A stretch of 33,565 nucleotides of DNA from Candidatus Thorarchaeota archaeon (lineage in GTDB: Archaea; Asgardarchaeota; Thorarchaeia; Thorarchaeales; Thorarchaeaceae): NCBI GenBank assembly GCA_046758445.1, contig JBHIAE010000030.1, positions 1-33,565 of the forward strand, in the 5' to 3' direction. Shown here piece by piece: positions 9,033 through 18,419 of this stretch (the first letter of the stretch is position 1; each line of letters opens with the position of its first letter). The notes below the pieces were generated by a model. That model worked only from the letters and a program-made list of their open reading frames with translations, did not search any database and was not told the DNA's origin. Position numbers and translations under genes: made by a program.

Positions 9033-10013
9033 CTATACGACCCTCCTAGTGATTCTGCGAAGGACTATGTTAGCAATCACATCTACAGCCAGTACCATGA
9101 GCATCAGGACTAGAGCTGCACCATGGGCCTTTGCCTGTAAATACTCTCTTGGATCGGTGATGTATGACCACACTGTATAAGGAAGCGAGGCCACCCACGA
9201 GCCTCCTCCTGTCAAACTGGTTGGAACCCCTAGAGTGTTTCCTGCAGTGAATATCAAAGGTGCCGTTTCACCCATTACTCTCCCAATAGCCAGCAGAACT
9301 CCTGTCACAATCCCGGGGAACGCTGCTCTGAGTGTGACATTCCAGGTTGTTGCCCACTTTGTGGCACCCAATGCAAGAGACGCTTCCCTAAGAGCCATGG
9401 GCACCTGTTTAAGAGCCTCCTGAGTTGTACGAAGGACTGTTGGAATCATCATAAAGGCGAGAGTGAATCCACCCGCAATGAGTCCCATACCAAGATGAAG
9501 GAAGTCAACAATGAAGGCAAATCCGAATGCACCGAACACAATCGATGGGATTCCTGCCATAACGTCCGCTGTAAACTCGATTGCACTAGTCACTCTACCG
9601 GCTCTCGCATACTCTGTGATGTAGACCGCTCCCAGTACGCTCAGGGGAATACCAACTGCGCCCGCAACGACCATGAGAATGACTGACCCCGCAATCGCAT
9701 TTCTTATGCCACCTTGCAGTCCGGGACCTGGAAATGTTCCGAAGAAATCTAGCCCTTGACCATGCCCGGTGCCGAATACCTCAGGGACTCCAATCGAGAG
9801 GACTTGAATCAGAACAAGGAAGAAGGGGGTCACGATTATTGCGGCCACTATAGCCAGAAGCACTTTGAACAGGAAGTCAGACAAGGTCCTTCTAGACCGG
9901 GTCTGTCTTCTAAGATACCTTGTCAGCAGCCTCAGCGGGGACTGCTGACCGGAGGGTGCTGGGCCATTGTTCTGCTCGTGGTTGGATTCAGAGTTCATAG
10001 TGACCTCGCTCAA
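9033..10013 (-). CDS. pstA: Phosphate ABC transporter permease PstA
   Basis: GIPSIVFG, REASLALGATKW, GETAPL motifs; operon position. Confidence 0.93.
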   Translation of the reverse strand: MSEVTMNSESNHEQNNGPAPSGQQSPLRLLTRYLRRQTRSRRTLSDFLFKVLLAIVAAIIVTPFFLVLIQVLSIGVPEVFGTGHGQGLDFFGTFPGPGLQGGIRNAIAGSVILMVVAGAVGIPLSVLGAVYITEYARAGRVTSAIEFTADVMAGIPSIVFGAFGFAFIVDFLHLGMGLIAGGFTLAFMMIPTVLRTTQEALKQVPMALREASLALGATKWATTWNVTLRAAFPGIVTGVLLAIGRVMGETAPLIFTAGNTLGVPTSLTGGGSWVASLPYTVWSYITDPREYLQAKAHGAALVLMLMVLAVDVIANIVLRRITRRVV

Positions 10014-10017
10014 TGTA

Positions 10018-10971
10018 CTAGCTCAACCCCCTTGTCTTCATCCCCCAGCGAATGAACAACCTGGCCATGATTGTGAAGGAGACCGACATCAATAGAAGTA
10101 CAAGCGCTACCGAAAACAAAGCAGACCTCCAAAGAGGAAACACAAAGGCGTACCCAAGTTGGTTCGTTATGATGGAGGTCATCACATATGCTGGGTCAAA
10201 GAGCGAGAATGGTATTTGAAGGGAATTCCCAGTTACCATTAGGACCGCCATTGTTTCCCCTACGGCACGACCAAGAGAGAGAACAATTGCAGCACCTATC
10301 CCTGGCATTGCCGCCCCCAAGACGATCTTCTTGGCAGTTTCAGTGCTTGTGGCACCTAGGGCAAGAGAAGCCTCCCTTAGACTTCTCGGGACAGCTCTGA
10401 GTGCATCATCAGAGACCGTTACGATAGTAGGAAGGAGCATGATGGAGAGGATGAGTCCTCCTGCTAGCAGTGAGAGTCCATTAGATTCGATACCAAGAAC
10501 CGGTGCAAGGTAGCCTCCTATCCAGGGCACGATGACGACGTAGGCCCAAAGCCCATAGACAATCGATGGAATGGCTGCCATCATCTCGATGACCATACGG
10601 ATTGGGCCTCTAAGTCTGTGTGGACAGAACTCACTAAGAAAGATGGCACCTCCAAGACCTAGTGGCAAGGCAATTCCAATTGCAAGCAATGTACACATGA
10701 AAGAGCCAACGATGAAGATAGCGATGCCATAGATGTCACGGTTTGGGTCCCAGATAGTGTTGAAGACTATCCCGATTCCTCCTTCGGGACTGGTAAGTAT
10801 TGGTGCCGACTCGAACCAGAGAAATGTGAAAATGAGCACGATTATTCCAGCACTCGTTAAGGCAGGGAAGAGCAGCCCAAAACGGCCTAAGAGATCTATC
10901 TTGGCAGGGCCTCTTGCAGTTCTTATCTCGGACACAATTTGAGATAGCGATTCTCTCAATGATCTACTCAT
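10018..10971 (-). CDS. pstC: Phosphate ABC transporter permease PstC
   Basis: IPSIVYGLW, REASLALGAT, GRAVGETMAV motifs. Confidence 0.94.
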   Translation of the reverse strand: MSRSLRESLSQIVSEIRTARGPAKIDLLGRFGLLFPALTSAGIIVLIFTFLWFESAPILTSPEGGIGIVFNTIWDPNRDIYGIAIFIVGSFMCTLLAIGIALPLGLGGAIFLSEFCPHRLRGPIRMVIEMMAAIPSIVYGLWAYVVIVPWIGGYLAPVLGIESNGLSLLAGGLILSIMLLPTIVTVSDDALRAVPRSLREASLALGATSTETAKKIVLGAAMPGIGAAIVLSLGRAVGETMAVLMVTGNSLQIPFSLFDPAYVMTSIITNQLGYAFVFPLWRSALFSVALVLLLMSVSFTIMARLFIRWGMKTRGLS

Positions 10972-10984
10972 TAGTCCATCCTCG

Positions 10985-12037
10985 TTATTCCGTAGTTGGA
11001 TCTAGTGATGCAACCGTGTCGATTGAATACTGAATTGCAGAGGTCCCATTTATCGGAACATATCCTACTCCTGCAACGTATGTCTGCCCTTTGACTAGGA
11101 CCCAGTTCAAGAAGACCAAGACGTGCCAGCCGACGTTCTCTTCATGAACCATGTAGTAGAGGAGCCTTGCGATGGGATATGCTCCTGGGATGTCAGAGTT
11201 CATGAGGTCTGCACCTGGATCCGACAGTTCCTCAGGTAATGCCTTCAACGCATTTGTAAGCGACGGGGTGACAAACTCCTCGGTTGTCGGGTTGTAGAGA
11301 TCGACTGGTGTGAGGTCTGACATGAAAGCAAGTCCCACATAGCCAATGCCATTTCCATCGCTTAGAACGCCCGCTGCGACACCTGGGTTCCCATCAACTG
11401 AGCTAATACCAGCAGCCCATGACAAGGTTTCACTGTGACCAAGCTTCCATGTATAGTTGGCATTCGGGTTGGGATTTTGGTTTGCAGTTTCAAGCCATCG
11501 GGCAAATGTGGCTGTTGTTCCACTTGCGTCTGACCTGACATAGACGTTGATGCTACCGGTCTGCTGGACACTCACACCAAATACTGTGGAGAAACTCTCC
11601 CAAGTCGTGATATTGCGCTGAAAGATGGCAACTGCCATATCACTGTCCAAGCGAAACATGCTTCCGTTCACTAGAGGGTTTACAACGATTCCTAACGCGT
11701 CGGCAGACACGGGCAGTATCTTGACGCTTGGGTTGGCATCGATGTATTCCTGAGTTGGGTATGAGCTTGTTGCTCCTATGTCAATCAGCTTCTGCGCAAC
11801 TTGAGACTGACCCAAGCCCGATCCTCCGGCAGTAGGATTGACGGTGAAAGGAGGGTAATCAGATTGGAACCAAGTAGCCCACACCTGGGACAGTGAGAAG
11901 ACCGTGGTTGATCCTGCAGTTGTTATGGTATAAGGCCCGCCTCCAGCACTTGGTGGAGGCGTGAGTAGCACCATGAAGCCAACTCCAATCAAGAGCCCAA
12001 GTGTAAACACAACGAGCTGTCGCCTTATGCTAGGCAT
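10985..12037 (-). CDS. pstS: Phosphate ABC transporter substrate-binding protein
   Basis: N-terminal TM anchor; AGSTTV, GGSGLG, RSDASGTT, GIGYV, YPIAR motifs; SD GGAGTGA upstream. Confidence 0.93.
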   Translation of the reverse strand: MPSIRRQLVVFTLGLLIGVGFMVLLTPPPSAGGGPYTITTAGSTTVFSLSQVWATWFQSDYPPFTVNPTAGGSGLGQSQVAQKLIDIGATSSYPTQEYIDANPSVKILPVSADALGIVVNPLVNGSMFRLDSDMAVAIFQRNITTWESFSTVFGVSVQQTGSINVYVRSDASGTTATFARWLETANQNPNPNANYTWKLGHSETLSWAAGISSVDGNPGVAAGVLSDGNGIGYVGLAFMSDLTPVDLYNPTTEEFVTPSLTNALKALPEELSDPGADLMNSDIPGAYPIARLLYYMVHEENVGWHVLVFLNWVLVKGQTYVAGVGYVPINGTSAIQYSIDTVASLDPTTE

Positions 12038-12247
12038 TCATTATCACTCCGATATCTGGCCTGCCCGGGATGAACCAGTAGTTAAGGGATACGGATGCAC
12101 TCATCAGTGAATCGGTTGGCACGGACTCGGGGGCGCCCCCGTGTCGGCAAATGAAATGCTCTTGTGGTTAGCAGTCGGTTGGGTACCGAGGCTCGTCCTT
12201 ACGTACTTGGCATAGGTTTATGACATTTCCAAGTCTACGGCTATCCG

Positions 12248-13105
12248 GTGCGCCATTTGAAGGACAATCGCCCAGCCAAGACGAAACTAAACGAGCTTGA
12301 CGGCAAGGAGTGGGTGAAGAGCACGAAGTCCTGGTTTGTGGTCAATCCGCCATCTCGTGATCGTGCACAGATGCAGCATCCGGCCAAGTTTCCTGAGAGC
12401 CTTGTTGCACGTTTTGTCAAGTTCTTCACACAACTTGGAGCGTGGGTGCTCGACCCCTTTGCAGGAGTTGGCAGCACTCTCGTTGCATGCAAGACCTTGG
12501 AGAGAAACTCGTTGGGAGTCGAGTTGAACCCTGATTTTGTAGAAGTCGGTAGGGCTGCAATTGAGAACGCGAATGGTTCCTGCCGGCAGATGCTTCTAGA
12601 AGGTGACTCGCTGGACATTGCCGCTCTTATGGAAACCCAATATGGAGAGGAGGTTCCTCCGTTCAAATACCTGATCACATCACCTCCATATTGGAACATG
12701 CTTCGCAAGTCGAGAGGGGGCAACGAATCGGCGCACAAGGAGCGGGGTGAGAAAGGACTCCAACAGTTCTATAGCTCATCCGAACTCGACCTTGGCAATC
12801 TCGATTCATATGAGGAATACATAGAGTCAGTTGGCCTAGTCTTCGATGCAGTCTTTCCATACTTGTCTGATGGAGCCTACCTCACTGTTGTAGCACAGAA
12901 TATGAGAGATGAGGACAGTACGGTTCGGCCAATTGCTTGGGACCTAGCAAGACGACTGTCCGAAGTATACGAGCTACGCCAGGAACAGATATGGTGCCAA
13001 GACAACAAGCGTCTTGGATGCTGGGGCTATCCTACAACATACGTTGCGAACGTTCATCATCACTACTGTCTGATACTGCAGAAGCCGCACAGACCATCTG
13101 ACTGA
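12248..13105 (+). CDS. Orphan amino-DNA methyltransferase (N4-cytosine/N6-adenine type)
   Basis: HPAKFP (motif X), VLDPFAGVGST (motif I), ITSPPYW (motif IV). Confidence 0.85.
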   Translation: MRHLKDNRPAKTKLNELDGKEWVKSTKSWFVVNPPSRDRAQMQHPAKFPESLVARFVKFFTQLGAWVLDPFAGVGSTLVACKTLERNSLGVELNPDFVEVGRAAIENANGSCRQMLLEGDSLDIAALMETQYGEEVPPFKYLITSPPYWNMLRKSRGGNESAHKERGEKGLQQFYSSSELDLGNLDSYEEYIESVGLVFDAVFPYLSDGAYLTVVAQNMRDEDSTVRPIAWDLARRLSEVYELRQEQIWCQDNKRLGCWGYPTTYVANVHHHYCLILQKPHRPSD

Positions 13106-13150
13106 CCGCTTTCGAATTGTTCATAAACCAGAGGCTCTTTGCGTGCTAGT

Positions 13151-14038
13151 ATGCCTGAAGAGCTCAGAGTCATGCAACTCTCTGACCACGAAAGTGTGAA
13201 GGACCTATGCGCACTCCTATGGGGAGAAAGGGACTACGTACCCAGGCGCTTTCCGCACTGGATTGAGGACTCTGACTCTTATCCTTTTGGCATCTTCTCA
13301 GGAAGCGACCTGCTAGCGATGGGTTGTCTTGAAGTTGTGCCTGACTCCCGGGTAGCATGGGCAAAAGCTCTGAGGGTAAGCCCTGAGCAACAACGCCGGG
13401 GTCATGGCTCAAGGATTCTACACGAAATGGTCGAGACCGCAAAGATCCAGGGTGTTACGAGAATCAGGTATGCAACCAGTAGTAGGAACAAGGCGTCTAT
13501 TGCGCTGGCAGAAAGATCCGGATTTAGCCTCAGAAACAGCGTTGGATACTACCGTCTAGAGCCCCCATTCCCACAACATCCCAAGCCGAGTCCCAGCATC
13601 GCCCCTTTGAGTGTTGGCCCTGACCATCTTGCAGAGGTGCTTGACTCAAAACCTTTTCTGATTGGTGGGGAAACATTCCCGTTCTCCTGGGAGTTCTACG
13701 GAACGGACGCAGGAAGTCTTGAACGTATTGCACAACTCGGCAAGATTCGCGTCATAAATGATGACAGCGGCGAAGCAAACTCGGTTCTTCTTTCACGAGA
13801 GATGGTAAGGGATGAAGTGAAGACCTCCGTGTATTCATTCTTCTCAATCAACAGGAGTGTCTTCGTTGATACGTTCTCACGAGTCTTGGACGAGCTTGAG
13901 GAATCAAAGACAGACCGTGCCGCGTTCTTCTTTGGCCCGGGGCCTGACGATTGGGTTCAGTATATCGTAGATATTCCCGAGGAGTTCAAGGGAAGACGGT
14001 TCCTACTATTCGAATATAGTATGCAAATGGCTCAGTAA
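13151..14038 (+). CDS. GNAT family N-acetyltransferase
   Basis: LRVSPEQQRRGHG acetyl-CoA motif A; NKASIALAERSGF motif B; start 13139 or 13151. Confidence 0.88.
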   Translation: MPEELRVMQLSDHESVKDLCALLWGERDYVPRRFPHWIEDSDSYPFGIFSGSDLLAMGCLEVVPDSRVAWAKALRVSPEQQRRGHGSRILHEMVETAKIQGVTRIRYATSSRNKASIALAERSGFSLRNSVGYYRLEPPFPQHPKPSPSIAPLSVGPDHLAEVLDSKPFLIGGETFPFSWEFYGTDAGSLERIAQLGKIRVINDDSGEANSVLLSREMVRDEVKTSVYSFFSINRSVFVDTFSRVLDELEESKTDRAAFFFGPGPDDWVQYIVDIPEEFKGRRFLLFEYSMQMAQ

Positions 14039-14043
14039 TCACC

Positions 14044-14081
14044 AAAAAAAAGGGGAATGGCTGAGGGGACCAGCCTATTCC
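14044..14081 (-). terminator. Hairpin plus T8 intrinsic terminator of the 14082-14495 gene
   Basis: GGAATGGCTG...CAGCCTATTCC imperfect inverted repeat followed on the minus strand by CC and T8, immediately after the stop codon. Confidence 0.65.
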
Positions 14082-14495
14082 TCACACGTAAAGGGCTTTA
14101 ATCCGAGGAATGCTCAAATAGAATATAACGAGCGCTGACACGGCGACTCCCCACAGGGAGTACTCCCAATTCGTCACGTACAAGGCAATTGCAATTACAT
14201 TGACTATCATCGCCCAGGTCCAAGCCCTGTTTTGAAGGTTCCATAGACCCATAGTAACCCAGAGTCCTATGACACCAAGAACTACCGCAATTCCCGAAGT
14301 CGCCGCCCAGACTATACCTATCTCTCCATAGTAGTAGATCCAGTCCTCCGCAAAGTAAAGTCCTGCCCCCCCTATTATCAGTCCGGCAAGCGAGTTCAAG
14401 AGCATGAGAATCGTGGCAAGAAGGACCTCCTGGGGCTTTCCAGAGGGTTCTCCAGCGCCAAAAGTGTCTGCTGTAGGAATTTCCGTCATGGTCAT
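14082..14495 (-). CDS. Small 4-TM membrane protein
   Basis: Four hydrophobic segments; GLWNLQNRAW and YLSIPRIKALY pattern; coding-like composition. Confidence 0.7.
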   Translation of the reverse strand: MTMTEIPTADTFGAGEPSGKPQEVLLATILMLLNSLAGLIIGGAGLYFAEDWIYYYGEIGIVWAATSGIAVVLGVIGLWVTMGLWNLQNRAWTWAMIVNVIAIALYVTNWEYSLWGVAVSALVIFYLSIPRIKALYV

Positions 14496-14559
14496 TCACT
14501 AAATCCAGTGTCTGACTATTCGCGTCTAATTACTCTTTCTGAATGCAGTTTAGGGTCCT

Positions 14560-15036
14560 CTATTCTTCATCCTCTTCGTATTCCTCAAGTACTGACCAAT
14601 GGGGTGCATAGGTAATGGAGTCAAGGTCTCTCTGCTGCAACTCAAGATTTTCAATCTCAGCGATTCTCTTTCGTAGTGTGTACGACTTGGCTCCTTCCCA
14701 CCAGAGATATGCACTCAGGTCTCTTGAGAACTCCCCCTGATACCTTTCGCAGGTTCCGCCGCAGAAGACCTTGTTCTCACGTATCTCGAGTGTTCCTCCA
14801 CACCACTTACAGACCGCCTCTCTGCCATGAGCATGAATCTGTCCCTTGACCAGACGTACAAAGAGAACAGTCCCATCGAAGTTGCAGACACCCCAGTCTC
14901 TCTTCTTGTGGATGGTCTTCTCCCAGAGCTGACCTGTTGGAAGTCGAGTCTTCTTAGCCTTAGTGTGAGCAGATCTGCGGCCTTTCTTGGAAGACTCGTC
15001 AAAGTCAGTGAGTCGGGTCTGAATGGTGTGCCCCAT
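14560..15036 (-). CDS. Hypothetical zinc-ribbon protein
   Basis: CKWCGG...CGGTC; basic N-terminus, acidic C-terminus. Confidence 0.7.
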   Translation of the reverse strand: MGHTIQTRLTDFDESSKKGRRSAHTKAKKTRLPTGQLWEKTIHKKRDWGVCNFDGTVLFVRLVKGQIHAHGREAVCKWCGGTLEIRENKVFCGGTCERYQGEFSRDLSAYLWWEGAKSYTLRKRIAEIENLELQQRDLDSITYAPHWSVLEEYEEDEE

Positions 15037-15164
15037 ATCTCACTGTGTCGATGCCTTCTTGATAAACACGTACTTTGCGATAACCTGACAACTGTCATCT
15101 GTTGTTACGGAGCCTCAATCGAACAGAAAACAATACTTCTGCTTCTGGACGACTGAATCCGAGC

Positions 15165-15584
15165 CTAGACTGTCCGTTGCAGCAGTGAACGAAGGATTGG
15201 AAGGATATGGCAAGCAAAGATGACTCCACTGACAGGTAGGTAGATCCACCAGAATAAGAAGGCCGAGAACATATCCAAAGTAGTGCAGATGAGCGAACTT
15301 ACCGCAACGTATCCCATTGTACAGCCCACGACAGCCAGAGTGATGATCTTTCTGTCCACAAGATTCTGCGTCCCATCCGTTGACAAAGCCGTGCCTGAAT
15401 CTGTTGTCTGACGCTTGAGCAGTGAGGTTCCAACCACACCTATGGTCAGAACACCTGCAGCTGCGAGAATCGTCAGATAGTACGTCCAAGGGAGACCTGC
15501 ACCAGCATAGTACCCCCCTATAATGAAGATGACCGTAACTCCTACCAGTATGAGGACTGTGAAAACATGCGTATCCCTTTTCAT
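15165..15584 (-). CDS. Hypothetical membrane protein
   Basis: Four TM segments; start uncertain (ATG 15584 MKRDTH, or 15659). Confidence 0.55.
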   Translation of the reverse strand: MKRDTHVFTVLILVGVTVIFIIGGYYAGAGLPWTYYLTILAAAGVLTIGVVGTSLLKRQTTDSGTALSTDGTQNLVDRKIITLAVVGCTMGYVAVSSLICTTLDMFSAFLFWWIYLPVSGVIFACHILPILRSLLQRTV

Positions 15585-15673
15585 CTGGACCGCTTCGCTG
15601 AGTTCACGTGAAGCCAAAAGAACTCTTCTCTTTCTTTGCTTCAAGAACCGTTTCCACATACAAGTCGATGGCG

Positions 15674-16651
15674 CTATCCTGACAGTTCATCAACAAGACC
15701 CATCATCCATTCATCAAAGGGCTTCTTCTTGGACCAAGTTTCCTCAAATGGAGTCATCATGAGCTCCCCATGTATCTCTCCAACCATTCCTCCGTCTTTT
15801 CCCGACAGTAGGCATTCGACTGCAAAGGCTCCCAGACGCGTGGCCAGAATCCTATCCAGATGAGTCGGATTCCCACCGCGTTGGATATAGCCCAGTACTG
15901 ATACCCGACACTTGTCTCCGATGCGTTTTGATAGTTCTTCCCCGATGACGTTGGCATTCCCAAGTTCATCACCCTCTGCGACCACTACCAGCACGCTTGT
16001 CTTAGCCTTCTCCTTGGCATTGATTACCCTCTGTGCAAGGTCATCAATCTTGGTCGGAGTTTCAGGGATCACTATTGCTGACGCGCCTGTTGCTATGCCC
16101 ACATGAACTGCAATGAATCCAGAGTGTCGACCCATCACCTCCACAAGGAATACGCGGGAGAAGGCCTCGGCAGTATCCCTGATCTTGTCCAGAGCCTCGA
16201 GAGCATTGTTGACGGCTGTGTCAAAACCGATCGTGTAGTCTGTTCCAAAAAGGTCGTTGTCGATTGTTCCGGGCAGTCCAATGAGCCTTCCTTTCCAGTA
16301 CTTGCTTAACGCTGCAAGTCCACGCATCGTGCCATCTCCTCCAATTGCAATAAGTGCATCAAACCCCCTGTCTTCGAGGACCTTGGCAGCTCTCTTTTGG
16401 CCCTCTTCATTCTTGAATTCTTCAGACCTGCCGGTCGTCAAGAAGGTTCCACCCCGATGAAGTATCCTAGACACAGAGAGAGAGTTCAGTTCGCTGATTA
16501 CCTCATCAAGAATCCCTTGGAATCCTCCGTATATTCCGAAGACCTGCAGTCCTCGACATATTCCAACTCGCGTGATGGCACGGACGGCAGCATTCATTCC
16601 CGAGCTGTCGCCGCCACTGGTCAGAACTCCGACTTTCATAATCGTCTTCAT
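15674..16651 (-). CDS. pfkA: ATP-dependent 6-phosphofructokinase (PfkA family)
   Basis: LTSGGDSSGMNA, GGTFL, IGGDGT, TIDND, EVMGRHSG, LGYIQRGG. Confidence 0.95.
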   Translation of the reverse strand: MKTIMKVGVLTSGGDSSGMNAAVRAITRVGICRGLQVFGIYGGFQGILDEVISELNSLSVSRILHRGGTFLTTGRSEEFKNEEGQKRAAKVLEDRGFDALIAIGGDGTMRGLAALSKYWKGRLIGLPGTIDNDLFGTDYTIGFDTAVNNALEALDKIRDTAEAFSRVFLVEVMGRHSGFIAVHVGIATGASAIVIPETPTKIDDLAQRVINAKEKAKTSVLVVVAEGDELGNANVIGEELSKRIGDKCRVSVLGYIQRGGNPTHLDRILATRLGAFAVECLLSGKDGGMVGEIHGELMMTPFEETWSKKKPFDEWMMGLVDELSG

Positions 16652-16685
16652 GGGGCTTGACAGATAAAAAGGGTAGTAGTAGAAT

Positions 16686-17189
16686 CTACAGTCCTGTCTT
16701 GTGTCTGAAATACATCAGATAGTCAGTACACGGTACATCTTTGCCCACCAAGCGTAGAGCCACGGCGAGTTGTCCCCTATGGTGAGTTGTATGTAATAGA
16801 TATTGTAGATAGAAATCCAGTACTTGAATCTCATAGGGGGTTTCAGAGATATGTGGCACCTCAATGGTCCCTTGAGGTATCTCTCTGACAACGGAGCTCA
16901 ATCTGTTGTCAAGGTGCTTCCATCTGTTGATGAGTTCCATCTTTGACGCCTTTCTCACCCATTCATAAGCGCCCTTATCGTCCGAGTTGTCAGCCAGCAG
17001 AAAGCATGTCGTCAAGGCCAGTACAATGTGTTCACAGATCGATTTGACGCTGCTTTCACCCATCACCTTCTTCGTAAACTCTTTGTCTTGCAGTTCCTCT
17101 ACTACAAGTCTCATTTCATTGCCCGCCCAACCATGATACTCGCCTAGATCCTTGAAGGTCAATCCTATCACTCCAATACTTGTGAGCAT
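16686..17189 (-). CDS. DinB/YfiT family metal-binding protein
   Basis: CEHIV and HTTHHRGQ His triad; start may lie a few codons downstream. Confidence 0.85.
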   Translation of the reverse strand: MLTSIGVIGLTFKDLGEYHGWAGNEMRLVVEELQDKEFTKKVMGESSVKSICEHIVLALTTCFLLADNSDDKGAYEWVRKASKMELINRWKHLDNRLSSVVREIPQGTIEVPHISETPYEIQVLDFYLQYLLHTTHHRGQLAVALRLVGKDVPCTDYLMYFRHKTGL

Positions 17190-17275
17190 TAGAGAATCTT
17201 GCAGCCTTCTTTATGATTCCTTTGCCCTAGCCCTATGACCATGCGGAAACCAGAGGAGCCCATCAAGCTTTTTAT

Positions 17276-18235
17276 CTAGACTAAGCCTTTGACCCTCAGG
17301 AAGACAAGTAGCGGTGCCGTGATTATCAGACTTCCTAAAAGAATCACAATGAAAGCAATGGGGTCGTTCTCCAATGGTAGACCGACATTCATGCCATAGA
17401 TCGAGGCTATGAGCGTTGGAACACTGACCAGGAGAGAAATCGAGGTCAAAGTCTTCATCACTTTGTTCAGGTTGTGACTAACAATGCTATCGTACTGACT
17501 CATCGCGTTCTCAATCAGTTCACGGTAGATAGCGCTGAGCTCCATCTGCTGGTGCAAGTCAACTTCGAGCTCTTTGAGTCTGTCCTCATCGAGTAGCATC
17601 CGACCGAACCTCTGAAGTTTCTTCATACGTCGAAGAACCTTCATGTTACTCTTGAGAGCGGCCTCCATGAATATCGCATCACGCGAGAGCTGGAAAAAGC
17701 GGTCAAGCTGAGACGGGTATATCTCTTTCAGAATCCTTTCTTCTGTGTCATTGATGGTGGCCTCTACAATATCGAGCGTTGTTTCAAATGAGTGTATCAC
17801 AATCTCCCAGATATTATAGATTGCACCACTGACCGTAGTTGTACGCTTTAGCACGCCCTTCAGGCGTTTCTTCCGAAGAGGTATCTCGGCGTTTTGGACA
17901 ACAATTATGTCACGCCCATTTGAGAATAAGCCAATAGGAGTGGTGGAATACTCTCTGTCAGGCCTTTCCAGATCAACAGGGACACGCAAGACTATCATGA
18001 TGAATTTGTCTTCAACCTGGAGTCGTGGCCTTTCGTCAAGGTCTTGAAGGTCCTGTAGATCCTCCAGATCGACTTCAAATTTGCGAGAGAGTTCTGCTAG
18101 AATGTCAGGCCATATCCCCACAACTTGGATGAGCAGAGCTTCGTCTGGTGCGCTCTCTAAGTCGGAGTAGTCTATTCCACTCTCCAAGGCTGTGATAACT
18201 AGCTTGCTTTCTTCTGGTTTTTCCACTGTCGTCAT
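17276..18235 (-). CDS. corA: CorA family Mg2+/divalent cation transporter
   Basis: DERPRLQ, NKVMKTLT, YGMNV signature, two C-terminal TM helices; ATG 18235 preceded by AAGGTGA (alternative GTG 18244). Confidence 0.92.
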   Translation of the reverse strand: MTTVEKPEESKLVITALESGIDYSDLESAPDEALLIQVVGIWPDILAELSRKFEVDLEDLQDLQDLDERPRLQVEDKFIMIVLRVPVDLERPDREYSTTPIGLFSNGRDIIVVQNAEIPLRKKRLKGVLKRTTTVSGAIYNIWEIVIHSFETTLDIVEATINDTEERILKEIYPSQLDRFFQLSRDAIFMEAALKSNMKVLRRMKKLQRFGRMLLDEDRLKELEVDLHQQMELSAIYRELIENAMSQYDSIVSHNLNKVMKTLTSISLLVSVPTLIASIYGMNVGLPLENDPIAFIVILLGSLIITAPLLVFLRVKGLV

Positions 18236-18328
18236 CGAGCTCACCTTGTTCCATCTTGTTTCACCTCATTTTCGATGTGTGTGTTACGTGTGAATAGTTC
18301 TATTTTGTGCGAATCTCAGAATGCAGTT

Positions 18329-18419
18329 GGGTGTTAAACCCGGGGGGCATGTAACTTGCCCTCTTGACCCTTTTAGGGTTTTCCGCCGAGGTAGGGCCGT
18401 CCTTCCTCCCCTGACGCGG
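18329..18419 (+). ncRNA. Candidate structured RNA element with four consecutive hairpins (unassigned)
   Basis: Four adjacent stems in ~90 nt; four G.U pairs form only on the + strand. Confidence 0.3.
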
